From contig JAUNFK010000002.1 in the NCBI GenBank assembly GCA_030525085.1, positions 123 through 64,122 of the forward strand: DNA of 64,000 nucleotides, written 5' to 3'. The notes under the pieces are model-generated. The model worked only from the letters and a program-made list of their open reading frames with translations, did not search any database and was not told where the DNA came from. A program made the position numbers and the translations under genes. Numbering within the stretch: position 1 is the stretch's first letter; every line of letters begins with the position of its first letter. Positions 30,550-39,558 of this stretch are shown here, in pieces. The stretch comes from a bacterium (GTDB lineage Bacteria; Bacillota_I; Bacilli_A; RF39; UBA660).

Positions 30550-32625
30550 TTAATTTACTTTTTTAATACTTTTGTGATTTTTCATTAGTTTTTTAATACC
30601 TGTTTTAAAAGCTACTGATATTAATGAACCATCACATTTTACAACTACACCTGTTCCGTATTGTTCATGGCTTATAATGCTGCCTTCAGTTATATCATCA
30701 TTATCTTTTGTATACATTTCTTTTTTATCTATTACTTTATTTTCTTCTTTAGGGCCAATCTTTTCAATTAAACTTTCGTCTATTTCATTTATAAATCTTG
30801 ATGGCATATTCATATTATCTTTTCCGTAAAGCATTCTTCTTTTGGCATTTGTTATGTAAAGTCTTTCTTTTGCTCTTGTTATCCCAACATAGCAAAGTCT
30901 TCTTTCTTCTTCTAGATTGTTTTCCATTAATGACATATTGTGTGGGAAAATCCCCTCTTCCATACCTACTAGGAATACTACTGGGAATTCTAGACCTTTT
31001 GCACTATGAAGTGTCATAAGGGTAACTACATCGCCATCTTCAGTGTGGTTAGAAATATCAGCAATAAGAGATACTTCTTCTAAGAAATCTCCTAGGTTAG
31101 CTGAACCGGTTCTTTCTTCAAATGACGCTGTTATACTTTTAACTTCCATTAGGTTTTCTAGTCTAATTTCATCTTCAAGAGATTTGCTGCTTTCTAGTTC
31201 TTTTTTCATTCCGGATCTTTCTAGAACTTCATCAATTAATTCAGTTAAAGATAAGCTTTCGCTTCTTTTAATTAAGTCTTCAATGATATCTTTAAACTCT
31301 AATTCTTTTCTTGATTCTAATGCGTCGAACATGCTTATATTTTGTTCTTTGGCTCTTTCTTCTATTGCAGCTATTGCACTATCACCGATGCCTCTTTTTG
31401 GCGTATTAATAACTCTTCTTAGGCTTATTTCATCATGAGGATTATATATTAATCTAAGATAACTAATAAGGTCTTTAATTTCTTTACGATTGTAGAAATA
31501 ATAACTACCGAAAACTTTATATGGAATGCCTTTTGCTAGGAAAACATCTTCGATTGCACGTGATTGTGCATTTGTTCTGTAAAGTATTGCAATATCTGAG
31601 TTTTTGTATCCTTCTGTTAGTAGTTTTTTTATTTCGTCTATTACTAGTGTGATTTCATGCTTTTCATCATAAGCACGCATGTATTTTATTTTTACACCGT
31701 CTCCATTATCAGAAAATAGTTTAAGATCTTTTCTTTCTGTGTTGTGTCTAATGACTTCGTTTGCAGCTGATAGAATGTTGTTGGTACTACGATAATTATG
31801 TTCTAATTTTATTACTTTAGCGCCTTTAAAGTCATTTTCAAAGTTGATTATATTTCTAAAGTCAGCTTGTCTAAATGCATAGATGCTTTGATTCATATCG
31901 CCTACAACAAAAATATTCTTATATTTATTAGATAGCATTACTGATAATTTATATTGTACTGGGTTAGTGTCTTGGTACTCATCAATAAGAATGTATTTAA
32001 ATTTATCTTGATAATGTTCTAAAATGTCTTTACGTTCTTTAAATAGATTTACTGGTAAAAGTAATAAATCATCAAAATCTACAGAGGCACTTGTTTTAAG
32101 TTTATTGTTGTATCTATGATAAACTTCTACAACAACTTTATCCATCGGTGTATTAAATAGTCGCTCGAGTTCTCCATCGCTTAGCATTTGGTTCTTGATA
32201 AAGCTGATTCTATTTCTAACGTATGATGGTGAATATTGTTTACTATCTAAGTTCATTTCTTTTAATATTTTTTTGATAATAGTATTAGTGTCATCACTAT
32301 CAATTATTGTAAAGTTATTTGGTAAACCTAATGCATCGTGATTTTCTCTTATGATTCGAACTCCTAATGAGTGAAATGTACCAATGAAAGAAGAAACATC
32401 ACCTATTAAATTTGATACACGGTCTCTCATTTCTGCTGCTGCTTTGTTTGTAAATGTTATTGCTAAAATATTATAAGATGGTACTCCTTCTTCAATTAAG
32501 TAAGCTATCCTTGTTGTTAGGACTTTGGTTTTACCACTTCCTGCTCCTGCCATTACTAGAACTGGTCCATCCATTGTTTTAACTGCTTCTATTTGTTCTT
32601 TATTTAAGTTTTTTAATAATTCCAT
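30550..32625 (-). CDS. pcrA: ATP-dependent DNA helicase PcrA (UvrD family)
   Basis: MELLKNLNKEQIEAVKTMDGPVLVMAGAGSGKTKVLTTRIAYL. Start set at MELLKN (AAAGG RBS). The ORF-track N-terminal extension MFAIFFLEFFF... is a hydrophobic read-through artefact. Confidence 0.9.
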   Translation of the reverse strand: MELLKNLNKEQIEAVKTMDGPVLVMAGAGSGKTKVLTTRIAYLIEEGVPSYNILAITFTNKAAAEMRDRVSNLIGDVSSFIGTFHSLGVRIIRENHDALGLPNNFTIIDSDDTNTIIKKILKEMNLDSKQYSPSYVRNRISFIKNQMLSDGELERLFNTPMDKVVVEVYHRYNNKLKTSASVDFDDLLLLPVNLFKERKDILEHYQDKFKYILIDEYQDTNPVQYKLSVMLSNKYKNIFVVGDMNQSIYAFRQADFRNIINFENDFKGAKVIKLEHNYRSTNNILSAANEVIRHNTERKDLKLFSDNGDGVKIKYMRAYDEKHEITLVIDEIKKLLTEGYKNSDIAILYRTNAQSRAIEDVFLAKGIPYKVFGSYYFYNRKEIKDLISYLRLIYNPHDEISLRRVINTPKRGIGDSAIAAIEERAKEQNISMFDALESRKELEFKDIIEDLIKRSESLSLTELIDEVLERSGMKKELESSKSLEDEIRLENLMEVKSITASFEERTGSANLGDFLEEVSLIADISNHTEDGDVVTLMTLHSAKGLEFPVVFLVGMEEGIFPHNMSLMENNLEEERRLCYVGITRAKERLYITNAKRRMLYGKDNMNMPSRFINEIDESLIEKIGPKEENKVIDKKEMYTKDNDDITEGSIISHEQYGTGVVVKCDGSLISVAFKTGIKKLMKNHKSIKKVN

Positions 32626-32722
32626 ACTTCTGCCTTTCATCTTCAATATAAGTATTATAGCAAATAAAAAAAAGAATTCCAAGAAAAATATAGCGAACAT
32701 TTGTATTTTTCTTTAATTCCTT

Positions 32723-33694
32723 TTAAATATATTTTGAGTCGTCTTTGATTAAGCCTTGAGCTATAAGTTTGTATAACATTTTTTCATAATTATATGGTTC
32801 TTCAGTAAAGGCAATTTCGTGAATTTGATTTTTATTAATATAAATATTTGTATATTTAGCATTTGATGCAGTTATAATTTCTTCTTCTAATAATCTTTTT
32901 ACAACATTTTTGTAAGATACTTTATATGTGTTACTGTAAGCAATTATTTCATTAAAGTGTATTTTTACACGTTTATCTCCAAATTCAGTTTTTAGTGATT
33001 TTTCAGGCATTAGTAATGATCCAGCAAAACTTTCAGCAAGTTCTTCTTTGTCACCATTTGCCATTATTAGAAGTTCGCCTAAGTATTTAGCTACTAAATG
33101 TCTTTGTTCATAACCATTTTCTGCTGATGGGACTACTATTACAGGCACATTATTTATAATTTCGTAAAAGCCTAAAAATAAATCTTCACTAACTTCTTTA
33201 GGAACAGTTAAAATTATAATATTATGATTTTCAAGTAAATATATTAAATTATGGATTGGTGCATCAATTGGTATTTGAAAGAAGATTCTTAGTTTTGTTG
33301 CTAAGCTTTGAGCTTCTTTTTTATTGTTTACTAAATGGACACCAAATTTATTGTGTAGAGTTATTCCTGACAAATTTAATAGATTAAAATAATTTTCGAT
33401 TTTTGTATTTATGTAATTTTTAATATTTTCTTTTTTAATATTTGAAGTTTTTTCTTTAAAATAAATATTATCATATTTTATTACTAAGCTTGTGTCAATA
33501 TTTAAAATTTCTTCTACAGATGTGTCATAAGCTTTGGCAAATGCCTCAAGTCTTGGAAGAGAAGCTACTATTTTGTTTCTTTCATATTTTAAAATCGCTG
33601 GAGCAGATACGCCAATTTTTTTACCTGCCTCTTCCATTGATAAGCCCTTTTTTATTCTGTACATCTTTAGGTTTTCACCAACTGTTTTTTTCAT
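32723..33694 (-). CDS. XRE-family helix-turn-helix transcriptional regulator with uncharacterised C-terminal domain
   Basis: N-terminal HTH_3-like LKMYRIKKGLSMEEAGKKIGVSAPAILKYERNK. Divergent from rnr. Confidence 0.55.
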   Translation of the reverse strand: MKKTVGENLKMYRIKKGLSMEEAGKKIGVSAPAILKYERNKIVASLPRLEAFAKAYDTSVEEILNIDTSLVIKYDNIYFKEKTSNIKKENIKNYINTKIENYFNLLNLSGITLHNKFGVHLVNNKKEAQSLATKLRIFFQIPIDAPIHNLIYLLENHNIIILTVPKEVSEDLFLGFYEIINNVPVIVVPSAENGYEQRHLVAKYLGELLIMANGDKEELAESFAGSLLMPEKSLKTEFGDKRVKIHFNEIIAYSNTYKVSYKNVVKRLLEEEIITASNAKYTNIYINKNQIHEIAFTEEPYNYEKMLYKLIAQGLIKDDSKYI

Positions 33695-33845
33695 GTGCTC
33701 ACCTCGTTAATATTTTCTTGATTTAATTCTACCTCTTTAACTCATAAATTTCAAGTTTTTTGCATAAATTTTAATAAATTACTTTACTAAATTGTAGTTT
33801 TGTTTTATCCTTTAATTAGGAAAAATAACGAGTGTGGGGTGTAAG

Positions 33846-36017
33846 ATGGAAGAGATTATTCGTATTTTAAGAGAAAAGGTTAGTGCAGATCCTTTTAAAA
33901 GATTTGATTATGATGCACTGCGTGATATTGTAATTAGTGGTGGCACTGCGCCGGAAAAAGTTGATGAAACAATATTTGAATTGGAGCAAAAAGGCTATGT
34001 TTACTCATCAAATGGCTTTTACAGAGTAGTGAGAGAAACGACTAAAAAAGGTATGCTTGATGTCACTCATCGTGGTACGCTATTTATCATGGATGGTGAG
34101 AAGAAAAGGCATGTTGATTCAGCTAATTTGAAAGGTGCTCTGCCAAATGACATTGTACTTTATGATGTAGCTGATGATGAAGTAAAAATTCTTAAAATAC
34201 TTAAAAGGAATAATCCGAATGTTGTATGTGAGGTACTTCAAAAAGATAATGGCAAATATAAGCTTGACCCTAAAAAGGTTAGAGGTAGTCTTAATATTAA
34301 TATTAGTCAAGATGTGTTAGCAAAACTTGGTGCCGGTAGTTATGTTCTTGTTAAGCTTGATAAGGACATGAAATACGGAATGTTTGATGGTGAAGTTGTT
34401 AAGCCGATTGTTTTGAATGGCAAAATTGATAAAGACTTAGCTATGGTAGCGTTTAGTAATGGTTTTGATACTGAGTTTTCTCCTGCTTCAATAAATGAAG
34501 TTAAGGCACTACCAAATAGCGTTCTTCCTGAAGAAATTGAAGAACGAAAAGAAAATGATTTTAGAGATGAACTTATATTTACGATTGATGGTGCAGATAC
34601 AAAAGATATGGATGATGCTGTAAGTTTAAAAATTTTACCTAATGGTAATTATGAACTTGGTGTACATATTGCTAATGTTTCACACTATTTAAGAAAGTGT
34701 CCTCATTTACTTAAGGAAGCAAAAGAAAGAAGCACAAGTTTGTATATGCTTAATACTGTTATTCCGATGCTACCGCCTAAATTATCTGATTGGTTGTGTT
34801 CATTAAATCCTAATGTTGATAGATTGGCTAAATCCGTTATTATGGAAATAGATAGTGAAGGCAATGTAGTTAATTCGAGAATTTGCGATTCAGTAATTAA
34901 TTCTAAAAAGAAAATGACTTATGATGATGTTAATAGTATTTTAGAAGATGGTGTTGTTCCAGAAGGATATGAACCATTTAAAGATACTTTGAAGAAAATG
35001 AACAAACTTAGTAAAATAATTGGAGCTAAGAAATATGATAACGGCGAAGTTAATTTTTGTTCTTCTGAAACTAGTGTAGAAGTTGATCAAGAAGGCAAAG
35101 CGGCTAAGATAAGTACACGTACCAGTCTTTCTGCGGAGAAATTAATTGAAAGATTTATGATTCTTGCCAATGAGACGGTTGCGAGTTATGTTGATATGAT
35201 GGATTTGCCATTTGTTTATAGGGTTCATGAGGGACCTAATCCAATAAAGTTAAAAGAAGCTTTAAAAATTATTAATACTTTGGGTTTTAATATTCCAGAA
35301 GGAAAAATTTTACGCAGTCCAAGATTGATTAAAGATATTTTGGAAAAAGTTAAAGATAGTGATGAGTTTCCACTTTTATCTAATCTTCTTTTAGTTAGTA
35401 TGAGTAGAGCTAAGTATTCTAAAGAGAATTTAGGGCATTTTGCACTGGCATCTAATGCTTATACTCATTTTACAAGTCCGATTAGAAGGTTTCCAGATAC
35501 AATGGTTCACTTCTTACTTGATTATTACAATGATGTTGCTTTGGGTAATAAAACTTTAGATTATGAAACTTTAAAGAAGATTGAAGCATCTTTAGCTGAA
35601 GCTTGTGAATATGCTTCATTAAGAGAAAGACAAGCTAATAGAGCTGAATATCAAGCTAGCAGACGTAAGATTATGGATTATATGAGAACATTAGAAGGTC
35701 AATCTTTTGAGGCAGTAATTAATATGATTGATAGAAAAGAAGTAAGTGTTACAACAGATAATGGTATTACTGGTACTATTCCATTTAGAGATGTTCTTGG
35801 CGATAGTTTCTTCTTCCATGAAAATAATTATATGTTAATTGGTCGTCATACTAAGAGAAAGTATAAGATAGGTAATAGAGTTTTAGTTACGGTTAAGGGT
35901 GTTAATGAATTTGAAGAAAAAGTACTTTTTACATTAGATAAAAATATTTCTAGAGCTTATGCAGAAAGTAAAGAGTTTAATGGTGGTAAAAAGTTAAGGA
36001 AAAAATATAATAATTAA
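33846..36017 (+). CDS. rnr: ribonuclease R (RNB family 3'-5' exoribonuclease)
   Basis: RNB catalytic region DGADTKDMDDAVS, cold-shock-like N-terminus and a C-terminal S1-like basic tail. Start set at ATG 33846 (MEEIIRIL), preceded by a G-rich RBS. Confidence 0.85.
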   Translation: MEEIIRILREKVSADPFKRFDYDALRDIVISGGTAPEKVDETIFELEQKGYVYSSNGFYRVVRETTKKGMLDVTHRGTLFIMDGEKKRHVDSANLKGALPNDIVLYDVADDEVKILKILKRNNPNVVCEVLQKDNGKYKLDPKKVRGSLNINISQDVLAKLGAGSYVLVKLDKDMKYGMFDGEVVKPIVLNGKIDKDLAMVAFSNGFDTEFSPASINEVKALPNSVLPEEIEERKENDFRDELIFTIDGADTKDMDDAVSLKILPNGNYELGVHIANVSHYLRKCPHLLKEAKERSTSLYMLNTVIPMLPPKLSDWLCSLNPNVDRLAKSVIMEIDSEGNVVNSRICDSVINSKKKMTYDDVNSILEDGVVPEGYEPFKDTLKKMNKLSKIIGAKKYDNGEVNFCSSETSVEVDQEGKAAKISTRTSLSAEKLIERFMILANETVASYVDMMDLPFVYRVHEGPNPIKLKEALKIINTLGFNIPEGKILRSPRLIKDILEKVKDSDEFPLLSNLLLVSMSRAKYSKENLGHFALASNAYTHFTSPIRRFPDTMVHFLLDYYNDVALGNKTLDYETLKKIEASLAEACEYASLRERQANRAEYQASRRKIMDYMRTLEGQSFEAVINMIDRKEVSVTTDNGITGTIPFRDVLGDSFFFHENNYMLIGRHTKRKYKIGNRVLVTVKGVNEFEEKVLFTLDKNISRAYAESKEFNGGKKLRKKYNN

Positions 36018-36046
36018 AAAAGGAAGTGTGTGCCTCCTTTTTTAGT
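36018..36046 (+). terminator. intrinsic terminator after rnr
   Basis: AAAAAGGAAGTGTGTGCCTCCTTTTTT. Confidence 0.55.
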
Positions 36047-36128
36047 TTTCTTTAATTTCTAAATTATTGGTTCAAATTTTTCTTTCATATTTACTGAAAT
36101 AATAAATTACAAATTAAAATCAGTCACA

Positions 36129-36377
36129 TTAATTTTGCGAATCGTCAACATTTTGGGCATCAATTAGTTCACTGTAGACTTTTGGAATATCTAAAGGACT
36201 AATTTCTAGGTCTTCTAAAATCTTATAAGCTGTTTCAATGCTCATTTTTAAAAAGGCGTTGGGTTCATCAAGAAGCGTTTTTATAAGTTCTTGTCTTCTA
36301 CGGGGCTCTGGGTCATCTTTATACTCATTTAAAAGAGTCTCGTTTATTGTTTTAAGTTTATTTATCATTTTTATCAC
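36129..36377 (-). CDS. small acidic hypothetical protein
   Basis: 82 aa. Its start abuts the stop of the upstream 539-aa gene (36377/36378), so it is likely co-translated as a partner. Confidence 0.35.
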   Translation of the reverse strand: MIKMINKLKTINETLLNEYKDDPEPRRRQELIKTLLDEPNAFLKMSIETAYKILEDLEISPLDIPKVYSELIDAQNVDDSQN

Positions 36378-37997
36378 CTACCTTATGCCTGGTATATATT
36401 GTTCTTCTTCATCTATAAAATTTAAATTATTTGTTGTTATAAGTCTTTTTAGGGTTCTTTTAGGAATTCTTTTTAGCTGGCCATCTATATAGATGTAGTA
36501 TTTATTATGCTCTTCATCTTTAAATATGCCCTTTTCATTCATTGTTATTATACCACAAGTTCCAACTATTTTATCAGGTTCTTTAGGTTTATTATCTCTG
36601 ATTATCTCAAAATCTATTAAACGTTCTTTTTCATCTGGAGTAAAAAGAGTGTTTGTTAATCTAACAATATAGGACATAAGGTTAATTCCAGTAAATGCTG
36701 TTGCTCTTATTTTTTCTAGGTATAATTCGAAGCGTTCAGCAAATGGAAGATTAAATTTTCTTGCCTTCGTTATTTCTTCGTATTCTTTTAAAACCTTACT
36801 AAATTCGCTTTTATTTTCTTTTTTGATATCACGATATACTTTTCTTAATATTTCTTCGAATTCTAGATAGGTGTCAAAGTTTTGATTAAGGCATTTTAAT
36901 CCTTTGATGTCTGAACCTATTTTGGCATTGAATAGATCACCAGTTAAAATTCTTTTTGAAGAGTCAGCTTCGATAATGAATTTACCTACTCTAAAGCTAA
37001 GATTTTCGTGGCCATCTCCATATTTGTTTTTCCAATTGAAGCATTGTCTTTCAAAATTTATACCTAATTTATGAAGCATTTTAGCATATATGGCATTAAA
37101 TTCAAAACATACTACCTCTGGGTAATTCGGTGTGATTACTTCAATATAATCAATATACCTATGTTTTTCTGCGGCTAAGCCTCTTTGTTTTGCAGCAAAG
37201 AACTCGTCATTATATGAAAGAATTTTGCACATTTTAATATATATGTATATTGCTTTTTCTAGTGGAGAATAGGCTTCTGGTATTTCTTTTAAGATTGCTT
37301 CTTCTAGTTCTTCACTTATAACTGTTTTATCTGCAAGAGAGTTTTCGTCGCTTAAATAAGTGTTTACTGCTTCAAAGTCTAGAAGTTCGTAATTTAGAAT
37401 TTTGTCTATTTTAGTTTCAACTTCTGGAGGTAAAATAAAATTTTGATCTAAGTCATGAATAACTATATATTTTCTAACTAGGTATAGAAATATTTCTTTA
37501 GGGATTACATCTTTTTGATTTGGTGCTGATAGATATTCCTGCATTTCTTCATCGCTTAATTCAAGGAATTCTAAAATTTTTGCTACAGGCATAAAGTATT
37601 CTTTTTTCTCAACGTGTAATCTTAATATTTTATTTTTTGTGCTTCTTTTTAAATTATTATAACTAATGAGTTCTAATAAAAGTTTGTATCTGTTTGCCAT
37701 TGTTCCTGTTAGTTTTAAAAATCCTTTATTTTGAGCTATTTCGATTGCTTCAATAATTGCTATTTTGTTAAAATCATATGTTTCACTTTCTTCATCTGTG
37801 CTTATTATTGTTACTTTTGATCTTTTCTTAAATATTTCATATAGGTTTTTAAATGATAAGTCGTCTTTTAAAAGATATTCTACAAGAGAAACTGGAATTA
37901 TGTCTTTGCCAATTATTATTTTGTTTGTGTCGTTAAAAATTCTTTCAAAGTCTTCTTCTAAAATTGATAATGTTTGGTATTCATTATAAGTTCGCAT
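36378..37997 (-). CDS. transglutaminase-like (papain-fold) domain protein
   Basis: VVCFEFNAIYAKMLHKLGINFERQ matches the TGase-core Cys motif (C-x-x-F-a ... GIpaR). A downstream GDGHENLSF...EADSS supplies the His/Asp. Confidence 0.45.
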   Translation of the reverse strand: MRTYNEYQTLSILEEDFERIFNDTNKIIIGKDIIPVSLVEYLLKDDLSFKNLYEIFKKRSKVTIISTDEESETYDFNKIAIIEAIEIAQNKGFLKLTGTMANRYKLLLELISYNNLKRSTKNKILRLHVEKKEYFMPVAKILEFLELSDEEMQEYLSAPNQKDVIPKEIFLYLVRKYIVIHDLDQNFILPPEVETKIDKILNYELLDFEAVNTYLSDENSLADKTVISEELEEAILKEIPEAYSPLEKAIYIYIKMCKILSYNDEFFAAKQRGLAAEKHRYIDYIEVITPNYPEVVCFEFNAIYAKMLHKLGINFERQCFNWKNKYGDGHENLSFRVGKFIIEADSSKRILTGDLFNAKIGSDIKGLKCLNQNFDTYLEFEEILRKVYRDIKKENKSEFSKVLKEYEEITKARKFNLPFAERFELYLEKIRATAFTGINLMSYIVRLTNTLFTPDEKERLIDFEIIRDNKPKEPDKIVGTCGIITMNEKGIFKDEEHNKYYIYIDGQLKRIPKRTLKRLITTNNLNFIDEEEQYIPGIR

Positions 37998-38035
37998 CGC
38001 ATCACCTTAGTACCATTTTAACATGTTAGAGGCAT

Positions 38036-38060
38036 AAAAAAAAGACGACTAGCGTCTTTT
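38036..38060 (-). terminator. intrinsic terminator directly after the YfcC-family gene stop
   Basis: Minus-strand AAGACGCTAGTCGTCTT followed by TTTTTTTT. Confidence 0.55.
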
Positions 38061-39462
38061 AGCAAATAATTACCATAAGTACAAGAATTACGATAAACAT
38101 TGCAAGAATGAATTTCCAGATGTATTTCATCCATTCTTTATAAGTTATACCTAGGTAAGATAAACCAATAAGTAGAATAGCTGAACTTGGAGCAAACATA
38201 CTTGCTAGTCCGTAAGTTGATTGTAACATTATAGGAATTTGTTTTGCAAAGTCAGAGTATGCAGTTGTTAGGTAGTTACCAACTAGACTTAATGTATACT
38301 GATATTCTACAGAGAATAATGATGTAAATAAGCCAGCGATAGTACCTAGGATTACATTAAACTTACTTGCAAGTTTCATGAACCAATCTACGATTGTAGG
38401 AACTACTGGGAACATTACTGCGATTTCTAATACTAGGTATGCCATTAACATAACTACTACTAGTTTACCAGATTTTTTGAATCCTTCACCAAAGCTTTCA
38501 GCGAAATCATCAAAGCTCATTTTGTAAATCCATTTAATTAGTAATGCGGCAATTAGCATTAGAATTTGCATTCCGAAGATATCCCAAGTTCCAAATGCTT
38601 GAACGTTACCTAAGATATAACGGAAGATTGTAGCATCAAATATTTTGCATTCTAATATTTTATCTGTTGCTGTACTAAATGCTGTTACTCCCCATGCTTC
38701 CCATGGAAGGTATGCTAGAATACCAACTACAGCAGTTAAAATTAGAACAGTTGCTACTGGCCATACAGATTTCTTTTCAGTAGTATTTTTTGTTTCGTAT
38801 ACTTCTTCAATTACTGCAATATCTTTTTTGTTAGCTTTCTTAATTTTACGAATATGTAAAATTGTGAATAAACTAAATAGAATAAATGCTACAGCGTAGA
38901 TTACTAGTTTAACCCATAGGTAATCTGTATAAGATGTTCCTAATGTGCTTACGTTCATTCCAGCAACTTTTGAGTTGTAAACTGAACCTAAAACACCAAC
39001 TAGAATACTACCAAATGTAGTAATGAATCCAGTCATTTTATCTAATCCCATTTTTCTTAGGATTGTGATAAAGAATGGAGCTACACATAGCATTACATAG
39101 TATTCATTAGTTATTGCTGTGATTGCAGAAATAATAAATGATACTAATAGTACAAAAAGATATTCCTTTCCACTAAATGTTTTTGCAAGACTATCAGTTA
39201 GTTTTTGATATCCGCTACATTTAGCTAGTACTTGATAAAATGCTCCAAGTACGAATAAGAATGTTACTAATACAGTAAAGTAATACATTCCAAGTAATCC
39301 ATAGTTGAAGAAATCAAATAATCCTACACGAGTAATTTCACTTACTTGAATTGAGCCACTATAGAAATATCCTTGTGGAATAATCCAAGTTAGGATAACG
39401 CATAGTAATACCATTAAACCTGAAACTTTGATTAAGTCATGCTTTTCCCAAAACTTTTTCAT
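38059..39462 (-). CDS. YfcC-family polytopic membrane transporter
   Basis: About 12 TM segments. N-terminal MKKFWEKHDLIKVSGLMVLLCVILTWIIPQGYF resembles YfcC/DUF1538 putative antiporters. Confidence 0.55.
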   Translation of the reverse strand: MKKFWEKHDLIKVSGLMVLLCVILTWIIPQGYFYSGSIQVSEITRVGLFDFFNYGLLGMYYFTVLVTFLFVLGAFYQVLAKCSGYQKLTDSLAKTFSGKEYLFVLLVSFIISAITAITNEYYVMLCVAPFFITILRKMGLDKMTGFITTFGSILVGVLGSVYNSKVAGMNVSTLGTSYTDYLWVKLVIYAVAFILFSLFTILHIRKIKKANKKDIAVIEEVYETKNTTEKKSVWPVATVLILTAVVGILAYLPWEAWGVTAFSTATDKILECKIFDATIFRYILGNVQAFGTWDIFGMQILMLIAALLIKWIYKMSFDDFAESFGEGFKKSGKLVVVMLMAYLVLEIAVMFPVVPTIVDWFMKLASKFNVILGTIAGLFTSLFSVEYQYTLSLVGNYLTTAYSDFAKQIPIMLQSTYGLASMFAPSSAILLIGLSYLGITYKEWMKYIWKFILAMFIVILVLMVIIC

Positions 39463-39514
39463 TTCTAACCTCCTCTACTTAACATTATAACACGGATATC
39501 CTTTATTTAAATAG

Positions 39515-39548
39515 GTTTTTGACAATTTTTTGCATAAAAAATAGGCTT
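39515..39548 (-). terminator. intrinsic terminator after lysS
   Basis: Minus-strand AATAGGCTATTTAAGCCTATT followed by TTTTTAT. Confidence 0.55.
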
Positions 39549-39558
39549 AAATAGCCTA

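Noticed and set aside
32626-32700. N-terminal 25-aa extension of pcrA (MFAIFFLEFFFLF...)
   Set aside because: Hydrophobic nonsense with no RBS. PcrA orthologues start near MELLKN (MxxLxxLNxxQxEAV), which has an AAAGG RBS.
33695-33833. Divergent intergenic region between the XRE regulator and rnr, scanned for operator dyads
   Set aside because: Only AT-rich sequence without a clear inverted repeat. Nothing could be supported.
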